NCBI GenBank assembly: GCA_965243135.1
Contig: OZ251539.1
Span: forward strand, 3,936,001 to 4,000,000
Direction: 5' to 3'
DNA: 64,000 nt
Source: Alphaproteobacteria bacterium
GTDB lineage: Bacteria > Pseudomonadota > Alphaproteobacteria > MPNO01 > UBA830
The notes under the pieces were generated by a model that had not been told where the DNA came from, did not search any database, and saw only the letters and a program-made list of their open reading frames with translations. This document shows, piece after piece, positions 10,240-20,959 of the stretch (positions within the stretch are counted from its first letter, which is position 1; every line of letters starts with the position of its first letter). The position numbers and the translations under genes are program-made.

Positions 10240-11130
10240 ATGAAGCCCGCCGACCGCGCCCCGTATTCCGCCATCGAGGACCGGCCGCCCCTCCGGCTGC
10301 CGGACGGCGGACGGATGATCCTCTGGCCGCTCATGTCGCTGGAGGTCTGGGACATCGACCGTCCCATGGCCCGCACCGTTCTGCCGCCGCCGCAGCACCA
10401 GCAGATGCTGCCCGACGTCCCGAACTGGTCGTGGCACGAATACGGCATGCGCGTGGGCTTCTGGCGCCTCCGGAAACTTCTCGACGAATTCGGCGTCCGG
10501 GCGACCGTCACGATGAACGGAAGAGCGTGCGAAGCCTACCCCCGCGTGCTCGAAGCCTGCCTCGCGTCGGGCTGGGAATTCAACGCCCATGCCTGGGAAC
10601 AGATCCCGATGCACAAGGTGGACGACCAGCGCGAGAGCATCCGCAGAACCGTCGAGGCGATCGAGGCCTTCGCGGGCTACCGGCCGCGCGGTTGGTTCGG
10701 ACCCGGACTCACGGAAACCTTCGACACCCTCGACTGCCTCGCCGAAGCCGGATTCGAATACGTCGGCGACTGGGCGTTCGACGACCAGCCCGTCCCGCTC
10801 CGGACCGCCCACGGCGACATCGTCGCGCTGCCCTACAATTTCGAGATACACGACATCGTCGTCTCGATGATCCAGACCATGCCGTCCCACGTCTACCGGG
10901 ACCGCGCGATCGATCATTTCGAGACGATCTACGCCGAGAGCGAGGAGTCCGCGCGGGTGATGTCCTTCGCCGTCCATCCCTATATTTCGGGAGCGGCGCA
11001 CCGCATCGCCCATATCCGGCAGATGCTCGAGCACATGCTCACGAAACCCGGCGTCGTCGTCCTGACCGGCGACCGCATCCTCGACTGGTACCGGGCGCAG
11101 ACCGGACCTTCCCAAGGAGAGACGGCATGA
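10240..11130 (+). CDS. Polysaccharide deacetylase / PuuE-like amidohydrolase
   Basis: PDVPNWSWHEYGMRVGFWR, RGWFGPGLTET, FAVHPYISG. Confidence 0.85.
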   Translation: MKPADRAPYSAIEDRPPLRLPDGGRMILWPLMSLEVWDIDRPMARTVLPPPQHQQMLPDVPNWSWHEYGMRVGFWRLRKLLDEFGVRATVTMNGRACEAYPRVLEACLASGWEFNAHAWEQIPMHKVDDQRESIRRTVEAIEAFAGYRPRGWFGPGLTETFDTLDCLAEAGFEYVGDWAFDDQPVPLRTAHGDIVALPYNFEIHDIVVSMIQTMPSHVYRDRAIDHFETIYAESEESARVMSFAVHPYISGAAHRIAHIRQMLEHMLTKPGVVVLTGDRILDWYRAQTGPSQGETA

Positions 11131-11768
11131 AACTTCGCGCGGCGATCGCGGCCGCCCTTCTGGGCTTCGTGCCGGCGGGCGCCGGCGCCGAACCCGGCCC
11201 GCCCGTAGGGGCGGAGATCCCCCGCGACTTCTCGGCCCGCGATCAGTACGACCGGTTGCAGGACTTCCGGTCGCTCGCGCGCCGGCGCGGTCTCGTCATC
11301 ATGTTCACCCGCTCGCTCGACTGGTGAACGCACTGCAAGATCCAGGCGGTCGCCTGGAACCCCCGCGTCAAGGACTTCCACGCCCTCGGCTACAACGTCG
11401 TGATGATTACGAACGATCCCGTGCCGGTTCTGACGCGGTTCTCCGAAGCCGAATCGATTGGCTATCCGTTGCTGTCCGACGCCGGCAACGTGGTCATACC
11501 GGCCTTCGGCGTGGCGAACGAACGGTTTCCGAAGGGCAGCCCGTGGTACGGCGTCGCGCATCCGGTCATACTGGTCGTGGACGCGAAAGGCGTCGTCCGT
11601 CACCGGTTCCACGAGCCGGACTACAGGGAACGCCCCGACGCCGAAACCATCCTCAAGATCCTGAAACGGGAAAACGCTTCCGGCGACCGCGCCAAGAGGC
11701 GGCCCGCGAGCGCCGGTCCCTACCGGCCGGTGGTCAGCGCCACGATCTTCGCCGGAGTCACCGGATAG
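11127..11768 (+). CDS. Peroxiredoxin-like (AhpC/TSA) selenoprotein with signal peptide; Sec at TGA 11325-11327
   Basis: AAGGAG RBS, ATGA overlap; FTRSLDW-TGA-THCKIQ (UxxC) continues in frame to YPLLSD..AHPVILVVD..DYRERP; hairpin downstream of the TGA. Confidence 0.88.
11341..11358 (+). promoter_or_regulatory. Putative SECIS hairpin
   Basis: TCCAGGC-GGTC-GCCTGGA; first loop G is 21 nt after the UGA. Confidence 0.7.
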
Positions 11769-14053
11769 TCGGTAATGCGCGCGCCGAACGGCTCGAGCGC
11801 GTCCTCGACGGCGGAAACGACGGCCGCCGCGGCCGGTATCGTCCCGGTTTCGCCGACGCCCTTGACCCCGAGCGGATTCAGCGGAGTCGGCGAACGCTCG
11901 TAGAAGAGTTCCGGCGCGACCAGTTCCGGCGCCGTCGGCATCGCGTACTCCCCGAAATTCGTCGTCAGCGGCTGGCCCTCCCGGTCGTAACCCATCCATT
12001 CGAACAGCGCGTTGCCGATGCCGTGGACCACGCCGCCTGCGACCTGTCCGTCCACCATCATCGGGTTGACCAGCGTGCCGCAGTCGCTGACCACGACGTA
12101 GCGTCGAAGCGTCACCGCGCCGGTGTCGGGATCGACCTCGACCTCCACCGCGTGCGTGCCGCTGGAGTAGGTCAACGCCTCCGGTTTGAAATGCCTGCTC
12201 GCTTCGAGGCCGGGATCGATTCCGCCCGGCATCGAATAGCCCGGCGCGCCGGAGCACGCCTCCGCCACCTCCTTCATCGTCACCGACACGTCGGATCCCT
12301 TGACCCGCACCCGGCCGCCGGAAATTTCCAGATCCTCGACCGCCGCCTCCAGAAGGTGGGCCGCCATCTTCAGGATTTTGGCCCGAACCTCCTCCGAGGC
12401 CAGATGCACCGAGGATCCCGCCGTGACCGTCTGGCGGCTCGCGAAACCGCCGAGACCGAGCGCGATCGCGTCGGTGTCGCCGCACGTCACGTCGATATCC
12501 CCGACTTCCGCGCCAAGCTGCGCCGCCGTGACCTGAGCCAGCATGGTCTTGAGCCCCTGCCCCATCGCCAGCGCCCCGGTGAACACCCGCACCTTGCCTG
12601 AACGCTCGATGCGCACGGTTCCCGATTCGAAGGGTCCGCGCCCGGTTCCCTTGAGGCTGTTCGCGACGCCGATCCCGAGATACCGCCCTTCCGCTCGCGC
12701 GGCCGCCTTGCGGGCTGCAAAACCCCCGTAATCGATGCGCTCGAGCGCGATCCGCTGGCACCGCGGAAAATCCCCGCTGTCGGGCATGACCGGCGTGCCG
12801 GCCCGCGTCTTCAGGGGCGATTCGTAGGGCATCCGGTCTCCGGGTATCAGATTGCGGCGGCGTATCTCGGCGCGGTCGATACCGAGACCCCGGGCGGCGA
12901 GGTCGAGCAGACGCTCCATCACGTAGTTTCCCTGCGGGTAGCCGGCGCCCCGCACCGGCGCCGCCGCGACGGAGTTGGTCTCGACCACATGCACGTCGAG
13001 CCTGTAGGACGGCACGATGTACGGACCCGGCACGCTGGTCGAAGCGTTGTAGGCGAGATTGATCCCCTGCGGCGTATAGGCGCCCTGGTCGTTGAGCATG
13101 GTTCCGCGGATGCCGAGCACGCGGCCCTCGGCATCGACCGCGATTTCCACGGTCCAGTCCTGTTCGCGCTCCTGGATCGCCGAGGTGAAGTGCTCGCTTC
13201 GATCCTCGATCCACTTCACGGGGGCGTCGAGAAGCTTGGCGGCCAGCGCCACCGCCACCTCTTCGCAATAGGCTATGTACTTGGAACCGAAGCCGCCGCC
13301 GACATCGGGCGCGGCGACGCGGATGCGGCCTTCGTCGATTCCCATCACCCGCACGATGGCCGAGCGCACCTCGTGCGACATTTGCGTCGACGACCACAAG
13401 GTAAGGCGATCGTCGGGACGGTCGTAGCGGCCGACCGCGCCCCGCCCCTCGATCGGGTGCGCGCCGCCCCGATGCTGGACGAAGCGGTCCCCGAACACGC
13501 GGGCCGCCGCGTCGAACGCCGCGTCGATGTCGCCGTAGGACTGATGCAACCGCACCAGCACATTGTCCGCGCGCCCCCGGCGAACCGACGGCGCCCCTTC
13601 GGCGAACGCGGACGCGCTGCCGGCCACCGAGGGCAAAGGTTCGTAATCGGCCTCGACAAGCCGCGCTGCGTCCTCGGCCAGATACCGGCTGTCCGCGATC
13701 ACCATCGCGACCGCTTCCCCGACATGACGGACCTCGCCGTCCGCGAGCAGTCGGGGCGTCACGTCGGAGGGCAGATTCTTCGACGGAAACTGCAGCGGCA
13801 GTCTGGTCTCCGCGACGTGCGGCAGGAAGTCGTCCAGGGTATATACGGCCCGAACGCCGGGCAGGACGCGGGCCGCGGCGGCGTCGACCCCGTGGAAGAG
13901 GGCATGCGGATGCGGGCTGCGAACGAAGGCGGCGTGCAGCATGCCGGCAAGATGGATGTCGTCGACGAACAGGCCCCGCCCGCGCAGGAGCGGGGGATCT
14001 TCCGTCCGCGCGATGCGCTCGCCGATCAGGGCACCGCCCTCCGACCGACGCAT
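11720..14053 (-). CDS. Xanthine dehydrogenase/CoxL-family molybdopterin-binding subunit
   Basis: RTEDPPLLRGRG, PDVGGGFGSK, PVRGAGYPQ, GVKGVGETG; start uncertain. Confidence 0.9.
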   Translation of the reverse strand: MRRSEGGALIGERIARTEDPPLLRGRGLFVDDIHLAGMLHAAFVRSPHPHALFHGVDAAAARVLPGVRAVYTLDDFLPHVAETRLPLQFPSKNLPSDVTPRLLADGEVRHVGEAVAMVIADSRYLAEDAARLVEADYEPLPSVAGSASAFAEGAPSVRRGRADNVLVRLHQSYGDIDAAFDAAARVFGDRFVQHRGGAHPIEGRGAVGRYDRPDDRLTLWSSTQMSHEVRSAIVRVMGIDEGRIRVAAPDVGGGFGSKYIAYCEEVAVALAAKLLDAPVKWIEDRSEHFTSAIQEREQDWTVEIAVDAEGRVLGIRGTMLNDQGAYTPQGINLAYNASTSVPGPYIVPSYRLDVHVVETNSVAAAPVRGAGYPQGNYVMERLLDLAARGLGIDRAEIRRRNLIPGDRMPYESPLKTRAGTPVMPDSGDFPRCQRIALERIDYGGFAARKAAARAEGRYLGIGVANSLKGTGRGPFESGTVRIERSGKVRVFTGALAMGQGLKTMLAQVTAAQLGAEVGDIDVTCGDTDAIALGLGGFASRQTVTAGSSVHLASEEVRAKILKMAAHLLEAAVEDLEISGGRVRVKGSDVSVTMKEVAEACSGAPGYSMPGGIDPGLEASRHFKPEALTYSSGTHAVEVEVDPDTGAVTLRRYVVVSDCGTLVNPMMVDGQVAGGVVHGIGNALFEWMGYDREGQPLTTNFGEYAMPTAPELVAPELFYERSPTPLNPLGVKGVGETGTIPAAAAVVSAVEDALEPFGARITDYPVTPAKIVALTTGR

Positions 14054-14619
14054 GCGTTGCGGAACGCGAGGCGGCGTTCCGTCAAATTCCAGTTGCGGGC
14101 GAAAGCGGCGGGCGGACCCGGACTCACCCGCACCCACAGGAATCTGGGCCCCGCCGCTTCTGCGAGAAAGCGCCGTGCGTCGCCGAACGCCGCGGAACTC
14201 TCCAGCGTCATGACGGACGGAAACCCGGCGCCTTCGGCCATGACGGCGAGGTTGGTTCGCCGCGCTGTATGGCCCGGCTGCCCGCCCGTTTCGCCGTGCA
14301 TGCCGTTGTCGATGCAGACGACGGTCAGGTTGCCGGGCATCGCCGAGGCGACGGTCGCCAGCGCGCCGGCGCTCATCAACAGTTCGCCGTCGCCGGTGAT
14401 CACCGCGACGCTTCTTTCCTGAACCGTCAACGCCACGCCGAGCCCCATGGGCACCGCGGCACCCATCGCGCCGCCGAGCGCGAACAGGTTGTCGCCCTCT
14501 TCCGTAAGGGCCGCCGCGTCCCGCGCGGAACCTGCAAGGCCCGCGACGAAAAGATGGGCTTCAGGTTCGGGAAACAGCGCTTCCAGGACTTCGCGGCGAT
14601 CGAGAAGGGAGGGAGTCAT
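14026..14619 (-). CDS. ThDP-dependent decarboxylase beta subunit (sulfo-/phosphonopyruvate decarboxylase-like)
   Basis: GAMG..GDGELLM..DNGMHGETGGQ ThDP-binding motif. Confidence 0.85.
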   Translation of the reverse strand: MTPSLLDRREVLEALFPEPEAHLFVAGLAGSARDAAALTEEGDNLFALGGAMGAAVPMGLGVALTVQERSVAVITGDGELLMSAGALATVASAMPGNLTVVCIDNGMHGETGGQPGHTARRTNLAVMAEGAGFPSVMTLESSAAFGDARRFLAEAAGPRFLWVRVSPGPPAAFARNWNLTERRLAFRNACVGRRAVP

Positions 14620-14621
14620 TC

Positions 14622-15161
14622 TCAGAAAGCCTTCGCGCCGAGAAACTTCTGAGACAACACCAACGCCGCAGCCCGGCCGGCCTTGAAAACGGCGGAAATC
14701 GCCGCCGCGACGGCGTCCTCGATCTCGTCGGTGCGCTCCACGCGGACAGGCTGGACGCCCATCGCCCGAAGGACGGGCTCGACCGCCTGTCCCATCGGAT
14801 ACTGCCACGGGTTCTGCTCTCCGTGGTCGCCGCGCATGGTGACGATCATCAGCAACGGAAAGCATCCGGCCAACGACAGCATGTTGACGCAATTCCCGAC
14901 GCCGGAAGATTGCATCAACAGGACGGCGCGGCCGCCCGCCAGGTCGGCGCCGGCGCACAAGGCGACGCCCTCCTCTTCGCTGGACAGCAGTACCGGCCGC
15001 GTCGCGTCGCTCGCCTCCGCCAGTTCGACAAGCGCGGCGTTGCCCGCGTCGGGGACGTAGGCGAACAGCGAAACCCCGGCCTCCGCGAGGAGGTCGAAGA
15101 CCAGTTCGGACCAGTTTCCGCCCCCGGCTCGCGGAACCGCTCGCTCGGACCGCTCCGGCAC
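14622..15161 (-). CDS. ThDP-dependent decarboxylase alpha subunit
   Basis: YVPDAG, SEEEGVALCAG, LMQSSGVGNCVN, TMRG..NPWQ; GTG start inferred. Confidence 0.85.
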   Translation of the reverse strand: MPERSERAVPRAGGGNWSELVFDLLAEAGVSLFAYVPDAGNAALVELAEASDATRPVLLSSEEEGVALCAGADLAGGRAVLLMQSSGVGNCVNMLSLAGCFPLLMIVTMRGDHGEQNPWQYPMGQAVEPVLRAMGVQPVRVERTDEIEDAVAAAISAVFKAGRAAALVLSQKFLGAKAF

Positions 15162-15163
15162 CG

Positions 15164-16462
15164 TCAGGACCGCACGCCCTCGACCACGGCGCGGCATTCG
15201 CCGAAACCGATCCGGTAATCGCCTTCGCACCAGGCGCGCATGGTCAGTTCGTCGCCGTCCTCCAGGAACCTCCGTTCTTCGCCCGTGGGAAGCGGCAACG
15301 GTTCGGACCCGCGCTTCGTGATTTCGAGGAGGCAGCCGAGGCTGCCGTCCTCCGGTCCGGAAATCGTCCCCGTCCCGATCAGGTCGCCCGGCCGCATGTT
15401 GCATCCGTTCGACGCATGGTGCGTCAACATCTGAAAGATCGTCCAGTAGAGATGCCGCATGTTGGTGACCGTCAGGGTCGCCGGCGGCAATCCCTCGTCG
15501 CGCATGCGGCGCGACGCGAGCAGGACCTCGACGCGGACGTCGAACGCGCCGTCGTCGGACGGCGGCGACAGGTAGCGCAGGGGACGCGGGTCGCCCGGAT
15601 CCCTGGGCGCCGGGGAGCATCGGAACGGCGCCAGCGCCTCCAGCGTCACCACCCATGGAGAGACATGCGTGACGAAGCTCTTGGCGAGGAACGGCCCCAG
15701 CGGCTGGTATTCCCACGCCTGGACGTCGCGGGCCGACCAGTCGTTCAGAATGCAGAGCCCGAACAGGTGAGCCTCCGCTTCGGCCATCGAGACCGGTTGC
15801 CCCATCGGGTTGCCGGGCCCGACGTAGACTCCCATCTCGGTTTCGAAATCCAGCGCCTTCGTCGGTCCGAACGCCGGCTCGCCGTCCCCCTTGCTCTGGC
15901 CGACCGGGCGCAGGCAGGGCGCGCCGCTCGCCACGACCGACGACGCGCGCCCGTGATAGGCGACCGGCACGTGCTTGTAGTTGGGCATGAGGGGATTGTC
16001 GGGCCGCAGCATTCGCCCGACGTTGGTGGCGTGGTGAAGGGACGCGTAGAAATCCGTGAAGTCGCCGATCCGCGCCGGCAGCAGCATTTCGACGTCGGCC
16101 AGCGCGACGAGGATGTCGTCCGCCGCCGCCTGCGCCGCTTCGCCCTCCGCCGTGTCGTTTCGGAGCGCGCGCGACGCGGCCTTCCGCAGCGCCGACCAAT
16201 GGCCTCCGCCCATCGCCATGAGCGCGTTCAGCGTCTCGCCTTCGCAGGCTCCCGCGGCATCGTCCGCCGCGCCCCCGATCGCGCCGGCGGAACGGGCGCG
16301 CGCCACGTCGAGGATCCTGTCGCCGATCGCGATGCCGATCCTGCCGCGGCCCGTCTGGGGATCGGCGTACGCTCCGAACGGCAGGTTCTGGACGGGAAAA
16401 TCCGTATCGGCCGCGCCCTCCACCCAGCTTTCCAGCGCGGGGGAATGGGTTTCGTTCAGCAT
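15164..16462 (-). CDS. fahA: Fumarylacetoacetase
   Basis: DFPVQNLPFG, DFTDFYAS..HATNVG, NDWSARDVQAWEYQPLGPF. Confidence 0.95.
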   Translation of the reverse strand: MLNETHSPALESWVEGAADTDFPVQNLPFGAYADPQTGRGRIGIAIGDRILDVARARSAGAIGGAADDAAGACEGETLNALMAMGGGHWSALRKAASRALRNDTAEGEAAQAAADDILVALADVEMLLPARIGDFTDFYASLHHATNVGRMLRPDNPLMPNYKHVPVAYHGRASSVVASGAPCLRPVGQSKGDGEPAFGPTKALDFETEMGVYVGPGNPMGQPVSMAEAEAHLFGLCILNDWSARDVQAWEYQPLGPFLAKSFVTHVSPWVVTLEALAPFRCSPAPRDPGDPRPLRYLSPPSDDGAFDVRVEVLLASRRMRDEGLPPATLTVTNMRHLYWTIFQMLTHHASNGCNMRPGDLIGTGTISGPEDGSLGCLLEITKRGSEPLPLPTGEERRFLEDGDELTMRAWCEGDYRIGFGECRAVVEGVRS

Positions 16463-17766
16463 CAGCGCCTCCCGTTGAACTTGCTGGCCAGTCCCTGCCA
16501 GCATGCTTGATAATCCTCCTGCGCGAGCGGACAGCTCGCGGCCCATTGGGTCAGCCGCACCGGCCAGCGCGTCTCGAACATGAAGGCCATCGTGTCGCCG
16601 AGGCGAACGGGCGCGAGTTCGGCCTGCGTCGCCGCGGCGTGCGCGTCGGCGTCGGGGCCGTGCGCGGACATGCAATTGTGAAGGCTGGCGCCCCCCGGCA
16701 CGAATCCCTCGGGCTTGGCGTCGTACTGGCCGAGGATCAGCCCCATGAACTCGCTCATGACGTTGCGGTGATACCAGGGCGGCCGGAAGGTGTCCTCCAT
16801 CACGAGCCAACGCGGCGGAAAGATCACGAAATCGACGTTGGCCAGGCCGGGCGGACCGGACGGCGACGTGACGACCGTATAGATCGACGGATCGGGGTGG
16901 TCGAAACTGACGCTGCCGATGGTCATGAAGTTCGCGAGATCGTACTTCCACGGCGCAAAATTGCCGTGCCACGCGACGATGTCGAGCGGCGACCGGTCGA
17001 GGCTGGCCGCCCACAGGGATCCGCCGAACCTCGCGACAAGCTCGAACTCCCCGGCCTCGTCCTCGAACGACGCCACCGGCGCGAGAAAGTCCCGCGGGTT
17101 GGCGAGTCCGTTCGATCCGATCGGTCCCAGATCGGGCAGCCGGAACGCCGCCCCGAAATTCTCGCAGACGTAGCCGCGCGACGGGCCGTCCGGCAGTTCG
17201 GCGCGGAACTTGACGCCTCGCGGGACGAGCGCGATCTCGTTCGGGGCGGCCTCGACGACGCCGAATTCGGTAACCAGCCGCAGCCGGCCCCGCTGCGGCA
17301 CGAACAGCATCTCGCCGTCGGCGTTGTAGAGAACGCGCCGCTCCATCGGCGCGTTCGCGGCGTATACGTGGATGGCGATGCCGGTTTGCGCCGCGCCGCC
17401 GCCGTTGCCGCCGAAGGCGTGAAGCCCTTCGATCAGGTCGGTCTTGGCCTCCGGCACGGGAAGCGGGTCCCACCGCATCTGTTGCGGCGTGAGCGGACCG
17501 TCGGGGAACTGCGCCCACATACCGCGCCCGATCTCTCGGAAGCGGCCGTGCGCCGCCGAGGGACGCAGGCGATACGTCCAGCTGCGGCGGTTTTCCGAGC
17601 GGGGCTGGGTGAAGGCGGTGCCGCTCAACAGTTCGGCGTAGAGGCCGTAGGCCGGCCGCTGCGGCGAATTGCGCCCTTCCGGCAGCGCGCCGGGCAGCGC
17701 CTCGGTCGCGAACTCGTTGCCGAAACCGGACTGATAGTCGAGCCGGGCCGTCGTCAGCGTATCCAT
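16462..17766 (-). CDS. hmgA: Homogentisate 1,2-dioxygenase
   Basis: [48 protein letters not shown]. Confidence 0.95.
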   Translation of the reverse strand: MDTLTTARLDYQSGFGNEFATEALPGALPEGRNSPQRPAYGLYAELLSGTAFTQPRSENRRSWTYRLRPSAAHGRFREIGRGMWAQFPDGPLTPQQMRWDPLPVPEAKTDLIEGLHAFGGNGGGAAQTGIAIHVYAANAPMERRVLYNADGEMLFVPQRGRLRLVTEFGVVEAAPNEIALVPRGVKFRAELPDGPSRGYVCENFGAAFRLPDLGPIGSNGLANPRDFLAPVASFEDEAGEFELVARFGGSLWAASLDRSPLDIVAWHGNFAPWKYDLANFMTIGSVSFDHPDPSIYTVVTSPSGPPGLANVDFVIFPPRWLVMEDTFRPPWYHRNVMSEFMGLILGQYDAKPEGFVPGGASLHNCMSAHGPDADAHAAATQAELAPVRLGDTMAFMFETRWPVRLTQWAASCPLAQEDYQACWQGLASKFNGRR

Positions 17767-18258
17767 GTCGCGTCCTTGCGTGGCGGGAAGCTGCCGCAAG
17801 GTAACGCCATGTCGGCCCCAGATCCAACCGGCGAACGCAGGGACGGCACGACGAAGCGCGCTTCGACCGGAAACGAAATAAAGATATCTCCACTTCAACG
17901 AGTTACGGAAGTTCCTGGCGCATGCGCCGGTCACGCGATCGACGAAACGCCGCCGCGTCGCCGGGAATCCCTCCGTGGGCGCTGTCCGGTCGTCGGCCGC
18001 GTCCCGGGCAGCGACGCCGGCAACGAAACCGCGGCGCTTTCCGCCGCCGCCGCAACCATGTATGATTCCGCCCCGACAGGGAGAACGACGCAACGGCCAA
18101 CCCCGGTTGCAAGACGCGGTTTGATTTTCCGCACGGTCCCGTTCAGAACGCCGATCGGACGGCATTCGGCGACCCGATAACCGGAATGGTCGCCGCGGAC
18201 TATCGTTACGGTCTCCGATCGGAGCGCGGAAAGACGCCCTCGCTGGATGCTCCAACGG

Positions 18259-18717
18259 ATGAAAAGATCCATATTGCTTTCGCTGAGGCCGCAACATGCG
18301 GATCTGTTGTTTAACGGATCCAAAACGGCGGAGTTGCGTCGAACCGTGCCGAAATCGGAAGTAAGCGATGCGTATGTATATGTTTCTTCTCCCGTTCGAA
18401 TTCTTTCCGGCGGCTTCGCGCTCGGCCGGGTATGGTCCGGAGCGCCGGATGAAATCTGGGAAAAAGTCGAACGCCTGGCCTGCGTCGGAAAAGAAGAATA
18501 TTTCGCGTATTTTTCAGGCTGCTCCACCGCCCATGCGATAGAGGTCGAGAATGTTTGGAAATTCGAAAACGCCGTCGGCCTGCACGCGCTTAGAAACGAG
18601 TTCGCGAAATTCGCAGCGCCTCAATCGTGGCGGTACGTTCGCGCTGAAGAGATGCGATTTTTCGGCAGGATGAAACGAAATTGGGTTGCGCCGAGCGCGT
18701 TTCCAAGCAAGCGTTAG
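18259..18717 (+). CDS. ASCH-domain protein
   Basis: [30 protein letters not shown]. Confidence 0.8.
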   Translation: MKRSILLSLRPQHADLLFNGSKTAELRRTVPKSEVSDAYVYVSSPVRILSGGFALGRVWSGAPDEIWEKVERLACVGKEEYFAYFSGCSTAHAIEVENVWKFENAVGLHALRNEFAKFAAPQSWRYVRAEEMRFFGRMKRNWVAPSAFPSKR

Positions 18718-18999
18718 GCGGTCGCGCCGCCTGAACGAAGCGTTCGAGGTTTTCGACTCCATGCGCGTCTCCGAGGCTGTCGAACGCGACGTTCTCCTCT
18801 TCCGTGCAACGCGCATGTCGGCGCGAGTTGCCGTCAAGGCGGTTCGTGAAGCCTTTCTGTCTCGGATTTTTTGAGCGACATTGCCCGAAGGTCCCTGGCG
18901 ATCCCGTTGAAACCGCGAGCGTGGCTCGCGTCGTCCTCGGCGAACTTGTCTCGAAGCGCGGAAACGTTGATGGTCCGCGCTGACGTTCCCGCCAGTTCA

Positions 19000-19541
19000 G
19001 CTAGCGCTTCCGCCGCAGGCGCGAGGACGTTGGCTCTCGACGTCGGCGCACCGTTCGACAGGCGCCTCGAAAGACTCGCTGTCGTCAAACGACATGCTGT
19101 CCGCCAGCGTTCCGGCATGATCGTCGGCGAGCGCGCTGCGCGTCGACCCAGCAGGAACCAACCGGAGTTCGCCTGTAACCGCGGCCTCGTAATCGATCCA
19201 GTGACCGGCAGCATCCCTTTCTCCGAAAAACATGCCCTCGCGACGCGACGCCGCTCGGGCAAGGGCGTCGTCCGCGAATGCTTTATCCGCGACACCGGCG
19301 TCTTCGAGCCGGGCGGCCAGCGCCTAAACGGCCGGTCGCCCCGTCCCCGTTGCCGGACGCGGAAGACGCGCATGGACGTAACCTTTTCCCGCAAGGTGCG
19401 CTCGGCAAGCATGACCGCCGGGAACGACAGGTCCGGCAGGAAAGCGCCCATGTCGCGCGAGACCGGTCGCGTCTCGCGAGGCTTTCCGGTTGAGCGGGCG
19501 CCGAAATCCACCAATACCTCCGGAAGGTGTTCCCGTGGCAA
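19000..19541 (-). pseudogene. Decayed C-terminal fragment of a second AbiEii-type nucleotidyltransferase
   Basis: EVLVDFGARSTGKP, AERTLREKVT, MFFGERDAAGHWIDYEAAVTGELRLVP in different frames resemble AbiEii C-terminal motifs. Confidence 0.6.
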
Positions 19542-19567
19542 ACCGCACGGCCTATTTTGGCCTCGTC

Positions 19568-20959
19568 ATGCCGGATAGTCAGAATTCCCCGCTGGCGGCG
19601 CTGCCGGCCGTCGACCGCCTGCTCGACGGCGAGGAAGCGCGGGATCTGGCGGCCGAATTCGGTCGCCCCGAAACCGCGCAGGCCGCGCGCGAAGTCCTCG
19701 CCGCGGCGCGCGCCGCGCATCTGCAGTCGGGCGACGCCGTTCCCGGCCCGGACGCCCTGCTGGCGCGCATCTCGGCGCGTCTGAACGAGCGCGCCGCGCC
19801 GTCGCTGCGCCGCGTGTTCAACCTGACCGGGGTCGTCCTGCACACCAATCTTGGCCGCGCGCCGCTCGCCGAGGCCGCGGTCGAGGCCGCGGTCGAGGCC
19901 GCGCGCGGCGCCGGGAACCTCGAATACCGGATCGCGGAAGGAAAGCGGGGCGACCGCGACGAACACGTCGAAGAACAGCTCTGCCGGCTGACGGGCGCGG
20001 AAGCCGCCACCGTCGTCAACAACAACGCCGCCGCCGTGATGCTGGCGCTCAATACCTTCGCGCTCCGGAAGGAAGTGCCCGTGTCGCGAGGCGAGCTGAT
20101 CGAAATCGGCGGTTCGTTCCGCATGCCGGAAATCATGGCGCGCGCGGGCTGCCGGCTGGTCGAGGTCGGCACCACCAATCGCACCCATCTGCGCGACTTC
20201 GCGGAGGCGATAGGGCCGAACACCGGCATGGTCATGAAGGTCCATACCAGCAACTACGTCGTGAAGGGCTTCACCGCCGAAGCGCCGGAACCCGCCCTCG
20301 CCTCTCTTTGCAAGGAAAAGCGCATACCTTTCGCGGTCGACCTCGGCAGCGGCGCCCTGGTCGATCTGGAGCGTTTCGGGTTGCCGCGCGAGCCGACCCC
20401 GATGGAGGCGCTGCGGCACGGCGCGGATCTCGTCACGTTCTCGGGCGACAAATTGCCGGGAGGCCCGCAGGCCGGCATCGTCGTCGGCGGAAGCGAAGAG
20501 ATCGCGCGCCTTCGGAAGAACCCGATGAAGCGCGCGCTGCGCTGCGACAAGCTGACGATCGCGGCGTTGTCCGCCACGCTTCGGCTCTACGCGGATCCCG
20601 AGCGCCTGCCCGAGCGCCTGCCGGTCCTTCGGATGTTGACGCGCCCCCTCGCGGAAATCGCGGCGGCGGCGCGGCGCCTGGCGCCGGCCGTGGCTGCCGC
20701 TGTCGGCGATTCCGCGGCGGTGGCCGTCACGGAATGCGAGAGCAGCGTCGGCTCGGGCGCTCTGCCGACGCGCAGCGTTCCCAGCGCGGGGCTTTCCCTG
20801 ACCCCGGCGGACGCGAGCGTCGACAGGCTCGCCGCCGCGTTCCGCGCGCTTCCGGTTCCGGTGATCGGCCGCGTCCGCGACGGGGCGCTGCTTCTCGATT
20901 GCCGCTGCCTCGAAGACGAAGGCGGCTTCGCCGCGCAACTGAGCGCGCTCGGCCGATGA
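19568..20959 (+). CDS. selA: L-seryl-tRNA(Sec) selenium transferase
   Basis: [37 protein letters not shown]. Confidence 0.96.
   Translation: MPDSQNSPLAALPAVDRLLDGEEARDLAAEFGRPETAQAAREVLAAARAAHLQSGDAVPGPDALLARISARLNERAAPSLRRVFNLTGVVLHTNLGRAPLAEAAVEAAVEAARGAGNLEYRIAEGKRGDRDEHVEEQLCRLTGAEAATVVNNNAAAVMLALNTFALRKEVPVSRGELIEIGGSFRMPEIMARAGCRLVEVGTTNRTHLRDFAEAIGPNTGMVMKVHTSNYVVKGFTAEAPEPALASLCKEKRIPFAVDLGSGALVDLERFGLPREPTPMEALRHGADLVTFSGDKLPGGPQAGIVVGGSEEIARLRKNPMKRALRCDKLTIAALSATLRLYADPERLPERLPVLRMLTRPLAEIAAAARRLAPAVAAAVGDSAAVAVTECESSVGSGALPTRSVPSAGLSLTPADASVDRLAAAFRALPVPVIGRVRDGALLLDCRCLEDEGGFAAQLSALGR

Noticed and set aside
11720-14053. Aerobic CO dehydrogenase large subunit
   Set aside because: Active-site loop is PVRGAGYP, not AYxCSFR; no coxM or coxS adjacent.
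18997-18999. Third selenocysteine UGA
   Set aside because: No redox motif; it lies at the end of a decayed pseudogene.
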